DNA of 64,000 nt, taken from contig OZ253496.1 of NCBI GenBank assembly GCA_965262115.1, positions 1,760,001 to 1,824,000 on the forward strand, in the 5' to 3' direction. Shown here piece after piece: positions 51,512 to 60,802 of the stretch. This DNA is from Nitrospinales bacterium. GTDB lineage: Bacteria; Nitrospinota; Nitrospinia; Nitrospinales; VA-1. Position 1 is the stretch's first letter. Each line of letters opens with the position of its first letter. The notes beneath the pieces were generated by a model. That model searched no databases, had not been told where the DNA came from, and saw only the letters and a list, made by a program, of their open reading frames with translations. A program made the translations under genes and the position numbers.

Positions 51512-52462
51512 ATGAATCAGAAACCCCATTTTATTGGCATCGATATTTCTAAACTCCATCTGGATGTTGCTGACAGCATGACTCAAGAAACCTGGCAAAC
51601 CGCTAACAATGAAGAAGGGATTGCTGGTTTGGTCGAGAGTTTATCCGCCTTAAATCCTCCATTGATCGTTTTGGAAGCCACAGGCGGCTTAGAGATCCCG
51701 TTGGCTTCGGCCCTGGTTGCGGGTCGACTGCCAGTAGCCGTGGTCAACCCACGGCAAGTTCGTGATTTTGCCAAAGCCACCGGGAAACTGGCAAAAACCG
51801 ATGTCATTGATTCTCTTGTGCTGGCTCATTTTGCCAAGGCCATACGTCCTGAGGTCAGGAAAATCAAAGACGAAGAATCTCTTGAACTCTCAGCTCTAGT
51901 GACACGCCGTCGCCAGTTGATCGAGATGCTGACCAAAGAAAAAACCCGTCTAAAACAAGCTCCAAAATGGATATGTAAAGACATTAAGGAGCATATCGAA
52001 TCTCTTAAAAAACGCTTGCGAAAAATCGATGGCGACCTTTCCAGAACCATCAAAAACAGTTCTGCCTGGCGTGAGCACGACCAGATCATACAAAGTGTTC
52101 CCGGTGCCGGTCCCGTTCTGGCTGTCAACCTCTTGGCCGGGGTTCCGGAACTTGGAGTTCTTAATCAGAAGCAAATCGCCGCCCTCATCGGTCTCGCTCC
52201 CCTCAATCGGGACAGCGGAAAGTTCCGGGGCCGCCGGTGTATCTGGGGCGGTCGCGCCAATGTGCGTGCCGCTTTATACATGGCCGCCGTCACTGCCATG
52301 CAGCATAATCCCGTGATTCGTACCTTTTACACACGCCTCATCGAAAAGGGCAAACCCTTTAAAGTTGCCATTACCGCATGCATGAGAAAGTTATTAACGA
52401 TCATCAATACCATGATCAAAACAAAAACACTCTGGAATGAAAATCTCATTGCCAGCACTTGA
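51512..52462 (+). CDS. IS110 DEDD recombinase, copy 2
   Basis: 316 aa; HFAKAIRP versus HFARAVRP in copy 1. Confidence 0.96.
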   Translation: MNQKPHFIGIDISKLHLDVADSMTQETWQTANNEEGIAGLVESLSALNPPLIVLEATGGLEIPLASALVAGRLPVAVVNPRQVRDFAKATGKLAKTDVIDSLVLAHFAKAIRPEVRKIKDEESLELSALVTRRRQLIEMLTKEKTRLKQAPKWICKDIKEHIESLKKRLRKIDGDLSRTIKNSSAWREHDQIIQSVPGAGPVLAVNLLAGVPELGVLNQKQIAALIGLAPLNRDSGKFRGRRCIWGGRANVRAALYMAAVTAMQHNPVIRTFYTRLIEKGKPFKVAITACMRKLLTIINTMIKTKTLWNENLIAST

Positions 52463-52479
52463 CATTTAACACAGTTGCT

Positions 52480-52576
52480 TCGGGGCATGAAAGCCAATGA
52501 AGTGATATCACATGCGGCAATCGGTTTCCTCGGCTTGTCTATCCCTCCTAACCCTTTTCATGCCCCGCAAGGGGTG
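52480..52576. repeat. Micro-element half (52480-52512) plus an inverted intact copy (52536-52576)
   Basis: TCGGGGCATGAAAGCCAATGAAGTGATATCACA; TGTCTATCCCTCCTAACCCTTTTCATGCCCCGCAAGGGGTG. Confidence 0.8.
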
Positions 52577-52613
52577 CAACGAGCCATTACTATCGGCCTC
52601 CCTCGCCAGAGGG

Positions 52614-52696
52614 TGGTGCGGATGGAGGGAGTCGAACCCCCACGGTTGCCCACTGGATCCTAAATCCAGCGCGTCTGCCAGTTCCGCCACATCCGC
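52614..52696 (-). tRNA. tRNA-Leu(UAG)
   Basis: GCGGATGTGGCGGAACTGGCAGAC..CTGGA-TT-TAG-GA-TCCAG, long variable arm, CCA. Confidence 0.97.
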
Positions 52697-52791
52697 ATAT
52701 TTTTAAAGGGTTTATTCTGGTTTTTACCCCGGATTTTTCAGCTATTTTGTGGGTGTGTGTCCGCAGAAAACTTCCAAATCCAATATATCAT

Positions 52792-53346
52792 TTAATAAGA
52801 GCGGATTCTGCAAATATCTTGGGTTTCTCGGGAATTTTCATCCTTTTTTCATTTCTGCGTGGAGGCGTGAGATTGCCTGCTGGAGTTTTTCAAAATTGAC
52901 TTCTTCTTTCGCGCAATAATTCCTGAGATAGGAGTACATGATGAAGACACCGGCCCATTCGTCAAAAACTTCTCCGCTCTTTTTTGAGCGTTGTTCAAAA
53001 GCGGAAAAACTGTTTTCAATCTGTTCCAGCAGTTTGCAGAAATTGACGACCTCGTTGTTTTCATCCAGGTCTTCATGAACTGTAAGGGTGCCGAATTCTT
53101 CGTTAGCGGGTGATTCTTTGAGCGCCTGATATTGTTCTTCTATCTGTTCTAAACGGACCCCGGAATTTTCGCAATACAGGCGCAGATTGCTGAAGCCGAT
53201 GAACAGGCACTCATACCCACCGATTTCCGCTGCCTCTTAATTATCATCAGAAACCAACTGGGAAATATCATCTTCGACCGCGTCGAACATATCAAAAAAA
53301 ACTCCAAATTGGTTTTTTGAGCACGGATATTTTTTGAATTACTCAT
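52792..53346 (-). pseudogene. Acidic hypothetical protein, frameshift plus stop
   Basis: MSNSKNIRAQKTNLEFF, then a homopolymer shift to DMFDAVEDDISQ..N*EAAEIGGYECLF... Confidence 0.6.
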
Positions 53347-53501
53347 ACAAAATCAACTCTTATTTTGTGGAGGGCTACCTTAATCTAAAGATTAACATTT
53401 TAAAGTTCTGAAAATAATTTGCCGTTAAAAGTAAAGATAATATGATACAATATGCCTCGGAACTAGCTTTAATCCTCTAACAAAGTTTCCTACCTAAAAC
53501 A

Positions 53502-54309
53502 ATGGCCCCTAATTCCCTTCCTGATTTTGAAAAACCCCCGGTTATCGAGGTTGTTTGCGGGGTTCAGTTTGAAGAGATTCAGGATTTTACCTCGCCTCAC
53601 TTCGGATTACTGTGGGAAAGTTATAAAACCGAGTATCCTTCGTTTAAAGAAGTTGCTCCTATTGCACCTAAAATTGAAAAGTTCAAAGCTAGCCCCGATA
53701 TAACTTTAAAACTGTCTGACAAGCCCCCATTGCCTCGGATTTTGTTTGTGCATGAGAAAAATAATGGAATAATCCAAATTCAGCAATACCGTTTTTTGCA
53801 TAATTGGAGGAAAAATCTGCCAGAGGATGACTATCCAAGATATCCAAAAGTTATTGAAATGTTTAAAAGGCATTTTTGCTCTTTTGTTAAATATATAGAC
53901 GAAAATCAATTAGGGGCTGTGAAACCAAATCAATTCGAGATTACATATGTAAATCATATTTTTATGGGGCAAGGATGGTCGACTCTGGATGATATTGGGG
54001 GAATTTTTGCGGATCATACTTGGGATTCTGGTTCAAAAGAATTTCTTCCTAGCATCTCTAATGTTAACTGGAGAACCACCTTTGATCTTCCTAATGAAGA
54101 AGGGCGGCTTCATGTTCAAACCACATCTGGTGTATTAGAGAATGATAGACCTGTTCTGAGGCTTGATTTGACGGTTCAAGGCATGGGGGGGGGCTTCAGA
54201 TGAAGCAATGTGGAAATGGTTTGATCAGGCTAGAGAGTGGATTGTAAGAGGTTTTGCTGATATAACGAATAAAAGTATCCAAAAAGAAATCTGGAGGAGA
54301 AAAAAGTGA
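53502..54309 (+). pseudogene. TIGR04255-family protein, frameshift in a G9 tract
   Basis: LPDFEKPPVIEVVCGVQF, IQIQ..RF.HNWR, YPRY, ITYVN; G8 would restore ..ASDEAMWKWFDQAREWIVRGF..KK* overlapping the next GTG. Confidence 0.8.
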
Positions 54310-54731
54310 ATCCGATGCAAAGTGGATATGATTGGGAGCCAAATGCAAGCTGGAATGAGTGGCAAGATGTTTCAAATAGTTCCTTAGAAACTAAGGCTAA
54401 TTGGCAGGGACGTATAATAATCTTTAATAGTCCATGGCCCACTCCAAATAAGCTACCTAAGAATTTATCTCGCTTTGTCCGTACCTCAGGCCTGCAAGAT
54501 TCTTGGTCAACGGTTTCATATGAGTTGGATGATGAGCAAATTGAATTGGTTGAAAAGTCACTGACATCAGTTTCTTCTTGGTCTACGCTCGCAAACAGAG
54601 GAGTTTTTTCTCCGAATTATGACCGCAAAGTTCATTCGAAGAAAGAATTAAGCATAGATAGTACTGAAATCCCACGTTGGAAACCTCACATATTTATTGA
54701 TATCAGACGATTGGAGCTAGATGATGAGTGA
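54306..54731 (+). CDS. Hypothetical protein
   Basis: Translationally coupled to both neighbours. Confidence 0.6.
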   Translation: MNPMQSGYDWEPNASWNEWQDVSNSSLETKANWQGRIIIFNSPWPTPNKLPKNLSRFVRTSGLQDSWSTVSYELDDEQIELVEKSLTSVSSWSTLANRGVFSPNYDRKVHSKKELSIDSTEIPRWKPHIFIDIRRLELDDE

Positions 54732-55303
54732 GGTTTGGTATGAGGAGGTTGAGCCCAAAACTCCGATTACCCAAGGGGATTTAATAAATGATTGCCCGGT
54801 TTTTGGCTGGTAGCAAGATGAGTTAACAGTGGCAAAAAATAAGGGAAAAGATGAAAGAGAAACCCTAGAGGCAACGCGATTACTTGCTTATGCAAATGTT
54901 GTGGTGATGACTCAAGCTTGCGACCTTGAAAATAATAAAGTCCGATCTCAAGGAATTTTATGGTTCTTGGTCCAAAGAGATGGAGGCAAAGTTACAAAAT
55001 CCTTCTAATAAAGCATGGAAAAGGCAGTGCGGTGATATAAGAGATGGGTTTGTTTGGAATTTAGCCATGCTCAATAAATATGAGAATGGCCAGAGAAATG
55101 CTGAAGCTTTAATAGTTGATTTTCAGGAAATTTTTACCCTTCCAATTTCATTTCTTCATTCTCTGCTAGTTCAAAGAAATAAGCAAAGAATTAGACTTCT
55201 TCCTCCCTACCGAGAACACTTGTCACAATCTTTTGCTAGGTATTTCATGCGAATTGGATTGCCAATGCCTATTGACGAAACTTGGCAATTAGCTTCTGAA
55301 TAA
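54724..55303 (+). pseudogene. QGD...TQACDL-motif protein, stop plus deletion
   Basis: MSEVWYEEV..ITQGD..CPV..W* ..VVVMTQACDLENNK, then a frame change to ..VDFQEIF..RLLPPYREHLSQSFARYFMRIG. Confidence 0.75.
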
Positions 55304-55340
55304 TACTAAATAGACCTCCAAATAGATTGTAATCAGTTCA

Positions 55341-56132
55341 TTATTTCTGGATGGACTTGGGTTTGCGTTCTTTCGGGACGAGCAGAGTTCCGCCAGGGTA
55401 GTAGCCTTTGGGGACGGTCAGGTTGGGGTAGACCCAGACATCTTTTCCGATCAGTGCGCCGGGGCAGACGATGACGTTGCAACCGAGTTCAACATTGTCA
55501 CCAATCATCGCACCCAGTTTTTCTATTTCGGTACTCAGGATTTCAGAGTCGAGAGGGATCTGGATAGGTTTGATATAGTCTTTTAATTTTTCATCGATGC
55601 TTCTAAATTGCAGGTTGGCCAGTTTCGATCCTGCTCCCAGGTTGACATGGCTCCCTATGATGCTGTCACCGATATAATTGAAATGGCCTGCTTCGGTATG
55701 ATCCATGAGAATGCTGTTTTTCACCTCGGTGGCATGGCCGATCACACTGTGATCTCCAATCAGGGCGTTGCCGCGGATATAGGCCCCTTGCCGGATGTCG
55801 CAGGACTCCCCAATCATGGCGGGGCCTTTGATAATGGCCGAAGGTTCCAACTGCGTTCCCTTGCCGATGAAGATATTCAGCTCTTTCAAATAAACCGATT
55901 CGACCAGATCGATCCAGTTCTCGACGTAAAGTCCTTTCTCGCCACGGTGATTACCGGATGAATCGAGAGTGGTCTTTATGCCCTGTAAATGGGTGGCATA
56001 AGACCCGGCTTTTTTGTGGATCAGTTTTTCCAGCCGTGGACCTAATGTTTTTAAAGGATCCCACACCTGTTCGCATCCGGCAAAAATCTCCGGTTCGCTC
56101 AGGTTTGCAAAAAACAGGTTTAAATCCTTCAT
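55341..56132 (-). CDS. Hexapeptide-repeat acetyltransferase (GlmU C-terminal-like)
   Basis: IKGPAMIG, GAYIRG, EVKNS, HFNYIGDS, GAGSKLAN. Confidence 0.85.
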   Translation of the reverse strand: MKDLNLFFANLSEPEIFAGCEQVWDPLKTLGPRLEKLIHKKAGSYATHLQGIKTTLDSSGNHRGEKGLYVENWIDLVESVYLKELNIFIGKGTQLEPSAIIKGPAMIGESCDIRQGAYIRGNALIGDHSVIGHATEVKNSILMDHTEAGHFNYIGDSIIGSHVNLGAGSKLANLQFRSIDEKLKDYIKPIQIPLDSEILSTEIEKLGAMIGDNVELGCNVIVCPGALIGKDVWVYPNLTVPKGYYPGGTLLVPKERKPKSIQK

Positions 56133-56204
56133 AACTTTTGTGGCTCCTAAAGCCGAGATAACTTTCTACTAGCTCATAAAAGCTAGTGCTAGTTGGCCCC
56201 ATGC

Positions 56205-58265
56205 CTAATGGATTATATACCACTTGCCGAGAGGGGTCAGGCGGTTTCCCTCGGGGCTTGATTGAATCAGGTCTTGCTTTCTCATTTCATCAACCAGTCG
56301 CGACTTGTATTGGTTTTTTATTTCCAGCTTGTCATCGGTCACCGGTTGGGACGCGATTTGGCTGAGGGCGTACAATTCCATTTTATAAAAAGTGTTGTCA
56401 CGGTCTTTGAGCAGGGAGAACAAAAGCCGTAGAATTTCCAGCCCGATTTTTTTTAGCTTGCCAGCATCCGATTTTCTGCCACGCAGGTTCACGCTGATTT
56501 TATTTTCAGTGCCGGAGTTTCTCACAAAGATACCGGCTTTTCCCTCTGCAAGGGAAATATATAACATATCCGGATCGTCAGCGAAATTTCGGGTTTTGCC
56601 GGAGCATCCGTTTTGTTTTGCGGTCCGCAATAAAAGCCGTTTTACTTTTTTCCACACTTGTGAGTCTCTACAGAATAGGTCCTGCCGGATATAGTAAGTG
56701 TAAAGAGTGGATTTGAAACCTGGCGAAAAAGGTTGACGGATAGACTGGATATACTTTTGCGGCGATAAGGTTGTTGCCAACTGTTCGGTGGCGGCAAAGG
56801 TGTTGAGAGCGCTTTTTAATCCATTGCCGGAATACACCGACACCTTTTTTTTGCTGGGTAGCGTTAAGGTAGCAGTGGTGATGTTATGTCCTGTTTCCTC
56901 ACTGCCTACCGCCAGAACTTCTGAATTACTTTTTGTTACGTCAGGATTTTCAGGGATGGATGTGTCGAGATTCAGCAGGGTGTTTACACTCGTTACTCCT
57001 TTTTTTTGCAATGATTTAATTTTATTTTTAAGTTCTCTTTGCTTTTTTGGCGCAAGTTTTGCCGTGAGAAGTTTTTGTTCTAATAGCGCGAGGCGGATTT
57101 TAAGCAGAATCCATTTATCGCCAACAGCGGTGAGGAGCGGACTCAACCCCATCGACTCGGCGGAGGCAGAAGCATTGAGGTCGCTTTCCACCGTATTGAT
57201 ATAGAGTGACCCGTTGTACTTGTCGTGGGAAACCAGATGCCGTGCCTGCAGGATGGCGGTCTCGTCTCCGCTCAAGACCCATAGTGTGTCCTGAAACGGA
57301 TCGTACTCGAGGCGGAAGAAGCGGTCTCCATCCGCATCGAAGATGGCAGCGGCAATTCTTTTTTTTCCGGACTTTGCCGATTTCTGGTTGGCCCGGCCGA
57401 TTTCAAATAGTTTGACGATGGCTTTGTGGCGATGGAAATGTCCGCCGGGTTTTAAGATCATGTCTGCGGTGATGCGTGGGCATCCTTCCAGATCAGCGAC
57501 TCCGGAGCGGTGATTGACCGCGCCATTTTTGTTGACTTCATAGACTTTGCCGATTCCGGCAAGCCGGAAAATTTTCGCGGCGACTCCTGTCAACGCCCCG
57601 CAAGCGGGATCAACCACCAGAGTGAGGGCTTGTAAAGTATTGCGAGACTTGATCCAGGAGTTTTCAGGGTGCAGGGAAAAACGCTGGAACAGTTCCAGAG
57701 CTTTCTGCCGACAGTCAGTTCTTATTCCCTTTAAAGGAGTTTTTTTAATGAGGCCGAAGTTTTGTTTGAGCAGGTGTCGGGTCAGGTTGGCATCATCAGC
57801 GGGCAACGGCTTTACGCCATGAAAAGGCAGAAAAAGTTTGATGCCATTCTGGTCTTTGGGGTTGTGGGAAGCAGTGACCATAATGCCTCCATCAGCCCCT
57901 TCATGGAGCATGAACAAGGGTATTAATGGAGTTGGCACGACACCCAGAACCAGGGCTCTGCCCCCCGCTTTGCGGATACCCCGAACCACGGCTTCGGTAA
58001 AAATACCGGAAGGGTCTCTGGGGTCCCAGCCGATGACGATCTTTTTAGAGGAAGCTGGTTTTTTCCTGGGCTGGTTTTTGACGTAGCAATAGGCGTAAAG
58101 CTCCATGAACTCTTCTGTGATCCAGCCTTTTTCCAGAAACACCTGTTGCGGAGTCCACCCTCTGCATTCGGAATCCTTTGCCGATTTGATTTCCCGGCGC
58201 ACTCCATCGGTACCCTGCAGGCGAGCGGGTACGGGGTTTTGCTTTAAAATTGTTTTTGTTTTCAT
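56205..58265 (-). CDS. Phosphohexomutase (GlmM/PMM-like)
   Basis: GTDGVR, GWDPR, TASHNP, FDADGDR, VGDK, RNSGTE; start reassigned to MKTKT. Confidence 0.85.
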   Translation of the reverse strand: MKTKTILKQNPVPARLQGTDGVRREIKSAKDSECRGWTPQQVFLEKGWITEEFMELYAYCYVKNQPRKKPASSKKIVIGWDPRDPSGIFTEAVVRGIRKAGGRALVLGVVPTPLIPLFMLHEGADGGIMVTASHNPKDQNGIKLFLPFHGVKPLPADDANLTRHLLKQNFGLIKKTPLKGIRTDCRQKALELFQRFSLHPENSWIKSRNTLQALTLVVDPACGALTGVAAKIFRLAGIGKVYEVNKNGAVNHRSGVADLEGCPRITADMILKPGGHFHRHKAIVKLFEIGRANQKSAKSGKKRIAAAIFDADGDRFFRLEYDPFQDTLWVLSGDETAILQARHLVSHDKYNGSLYINTVESDLNASASAESMGLSPLLTAVGDKWILLKIRLALLEQKLLTAKLAPKKQRELKNKIKSLQKKGVTSVNTLLNLDTSIPENPDVTKSNSEVLAVGSEETGHNITTATLTLPSKKKVSVYSGNGLKSALNTFAATEQLATTLSPQKYIQSIRQPFSPGFKSTLYTYYIRQDLFCRDSQVWKKVKRLLLRTAKQNGCSGKTRNFADDPDMLYISLAEGKAGIFVRNSGTENKISVNLRGRKSDAGKLKKIGLEILRLLFSLLKDRDNTFYKMELYALSQIASQPVTDDKLEIKNQYKSRLVDEMRKQDLIQSSPEGNRLTPLGKWYIIH

Positions 58266-58529
58266 GCGAAATTGTGGGCCAGAAAGGATAAGAATTTTTT
58301 GAAATACGGAGGTTTCTTGTGGCCCGGCGATTGTAACATAGGGGTCAGTTACCTTAAAGAAAGAAGGGCGTTCAAGTTGGCCGAAATAGCATCGGGCAGA
58401 TGTTTTGTTTAAGTCGGAGTTTTTGGCTGTCAACAAGCAGAACATCATCCTCAGTTGCATTTCTTCATGGGCCGAGGTGGCCTCGGCTTCTAGAAACTTG
58501 TTTTTCAACTTTTCCAGGTCCAGGGTTTT

Positions 58530-58880
58530 GGCTTCGTCCGCCGTTCGCAGCCTGGAAGAAGGTATGGAAGAAACATTAACCCTGCACCGTTTTGGGGTGC
58601 TCCCCAAACCCGGTATCCGTTTCAAGACCCGCAACTGTATCGGGAATATCATGCGTCAGGGGGGAATTTACACGGATCGAGTGAGTTACTGGAAGAACCG
58701 TGATTAGCGGCAACAACAGGTCGGAGGCTCTACAGGAAATCGAGCCGGAGTCAAGAATCGTACGTGGATACCGCCATCTCAAGGAACCCGAAGAGGCTAT
58801 GAAAAACTTGAATTTTAAAGAAAATACCATAAAGTGGCGTGACGCATTTGTTCCATTTCAACTGACAATCGGACTTTGCC
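58530..58880 (+). mobile_element. IS256-family transposase C-terminal remnant
   Basis: SAVRSLEEGMEETLTLHR..KTRNCI..YTDRVSYWKN.D*RQ..ALQEIEP..RIVRGYRHL, with stops and frameshifts. Confidence 0.7.
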
Positions 58881-58956
58881 CATTTTTTTGGGTTGGTCAT
58901 CTTACACTACAGATGTCCGAACCTTGGGCAATAATTTCATTTTGTAGCTACTGCTT

Positions 58957-59175
58957 ATGAAAAAACCACTTACATTCTTACTCTCTCTAACTTTTTTGTT
59001 TCTGTTTTGCGCAACTGTTTCAAGTGCAAAAGAAATGGGTAATGCACACATTGAGAAGTTGGAAATATCAGCAGAACAGGGAGATGCTTCAGCGCAACTC
59101 AACCTGGGTGTGGTGTGTGACAGGGGAAAAGGTTGTATAAAAATTCATCAAATTGAGTACTGGCAGGGTGCTTAA
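58957..59175 (+). pseudogene. Truncated Sel1-repeat secreted protein
   Basis: Signal peptide, AEQGDASAQLNLG..GKG, then a premature end. Confidence 0.65.
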
Positions 59176-59189
59176 AAACTATTTTTGGG

Positions 59190-59270
59190 TGTCATTCTGA
59201 ACGCAGTGAAGAATCCCCGGGTTTGTGCAAGGCGAGATCCTTTGTCGCCTTCGGCTCCTCGAGGATGACA
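59190..59270. repeat. Pair of GTCATTCTGA-type palindromic units
   Basis: TGTCATTCTGAACGCAGTGAAGAATCC...GATCC..GGATGACA; same unit as inside the MITEs. Confidence 0.7.
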
Positions 59271-59388
59271 AATCGGCTTTGCCCGGAGGTTGCGTCTGGG
59301 ATACTATTTGCGGCTTAAGGAGTTCTTGCTCATTGCCTCCACGGCGAGTGGGCGGAAAACTCCGCAGGTAGATTGTAACAAGGCTACG

Positions 59389-60246
59389 CTAACTCCCTCC
59401 CACAGGCGTGGATGTGTACCCAAAACTTTTGTGATATTCCGCATCGATAACACTCAACCTGCCGTGTTGAGGGTATTCCAAATATTCTTTATGGATTTTG
59501 TCGAAATTGTTGCCGGTATCCGGAACACTTTTTAATTCCAGAAACCGGGTTTCGACCGGGTCGCGCCGGAGAAGTTTTAAAGTGGACGCGTCGAGCGGGG
59601 TGTCCAGTTTTTCCAAGGCGGTCAGAGGCTCCACACCTTCCGACATGATGTCCTTGATTTCTTCTTCTATAGAATCTTTTCTTTCCTGATGCCGGGCGTG
59701 AGGGTAATCGGCCTGGGAAAAAATCATGAAATCCAGATCAAGCCAGTAGTTGTTGATGAAGTCATCGAAGTTAACTTCCACTGCGTTGCTCAAATGAATG
59801 TCGCGGGAATTACCAGGGTCGTTCCGAATCAGGTCGTTGTAAACCTGAACGATATTGTGGACGGAATCATAGAGCACGGCCCAGTGATAGGTGTTGACCG
59901 ATTCGTGAGTGCGAAACGAATCCATCGCCTTGACGAGAACAACCAAAGCGAAATGCATGTCCTCCATTTTTAGAAAGGCCGATGACCAGGGAAACCGGCT
60001 TTTGTACCATTGATCGACATCGGCGGGGTATTCCTGCCTCGAAGAGTCTGCTGGCGGTCGACAATCGTTATCGACAAAATTCATAATATCGTCGAGTTCC
60101 TTGTAGGCCAGGTCCAGCCCCGCCCGCACTATCGTGTAGGGAAACAGTTTGCGCTGGTATTCCATATACTGTTTCAATTCAGGCAGCTTGTCTTCCAGTG
60201 CGTGCCGGTGGTCGCGTTGACTGATATCTTTTGCGAAGATCAACAT
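59389..60246 (-). CDS. Hypothetical protein
   Basis: 285-aa ORF with protein-like composition. Confidence 0.75.
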   Translation of the reverse strand: MLIFAKDISQRDHRHALEDKLPELKQYMEYQRKLFPYTIVRAGLDLAYKELDDIMNFVDNDCRPPADSSRQEYPADVDQWYKSRFPWSSAFLKMEDMHFALVVLVKAMDSFRTHESVNTYHWAVLYDSVHNIVQVYNDLIRNDPGNSRDIHLSNAVEVNFDDFINNYWLDLDFMIFSQADYPHARHQERKDSIEEEIKDIMSEGVEPLTALEKLDTPLDASTLKLLRRDPVETRFLELKSVPDTGNNFDKIHKEYLEYPQHGRLSVIDAEYHKSFGYTSTPVGGS

Positions 60247-60266
60247 AGTTTGATTATTTCCTTTGG

Positions 60267-60713
60267 TTATTTTTTCCCGGGATCAAAGCGCTGGGCGAAC
60301 ATTTTCAGCATATTCATTTTTTCCTCATCGCTCATGCCCTCAATCATTTTGTGGGCTTCGGCTAATTTTTCCGGTGTCATTTCTCCCATCGCGTTCTTGG
60401 CGGCTTCCTGAAACCCTTTCAGGTTGGCGGCACCCTTGATCCATGAAAACTCGTCGGAGGCCGGAGCATTATCGTCTGGGACCTTGAAATCAATTTTCTC
60501 CCGCGAGCGGAACTCAAGATAGTTGCCCGTGATTTTGCCGAAAATCTGTTCATCCTGAAGTTTGTCCAAAACATCCGACAACGAGGTCCCGTGTTTTTTA
60601 CAGGCGTCATAAACCGGCTTGAAAGGCAGGCGGACAATCTTCTCCGGAAACCCGTTCTTGCGAATGGAGTGCTTGATGCTTTCTTCAGCAGGATTAGATT
60701 CAGTTTCGCTCAT
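60267..60713 (-). CDS. Hypothetical protein
   Basis: 148-aa ORF upstream of and co-oriented with the previous gene. Confidence 0.7.
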   Translation of the reverse strand: MSETESNPAEESIKHSIRKNGFPEKIVRLPFKPVYDACKKHGTSLSDVLDKLQDEQIFGKITGNYLEFRSREKIDFKVPDDNAPASDEFSWIKGAANLKGFQEAAKNAMGEMTPEKLAEAHKMIEGMSDEEKMNMLKMFAQRFDPGKK

Positions 60714-60802
60714 GTTCGTTCTTAGGATACCTCAGGATTGGATTGGGTTTTTTCAAGGGTATAGTATAATCTATAGATACCCAAAACACCCATTCATATA
60801 TT

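Larger units (their letters stand above)
51279..52479 (+). mobile_element. IS110 element, copy 2
   Basis: Same CT-core junctions; several SNPs relative to copy 1. Confidence 0.92.

Noticed and set aside
58266..58652. 129-aa N-terminal extension of the phosphomutase ORF
   Set aside because: Largely antisense to the IS256 remnant; the family motif GTDG begins shortly after MKTKT.
59430..59445. TGTGATATTCC match to the micro-element end
   Set aside because: Inside an intact CDS and lacks the terminal hairpin.
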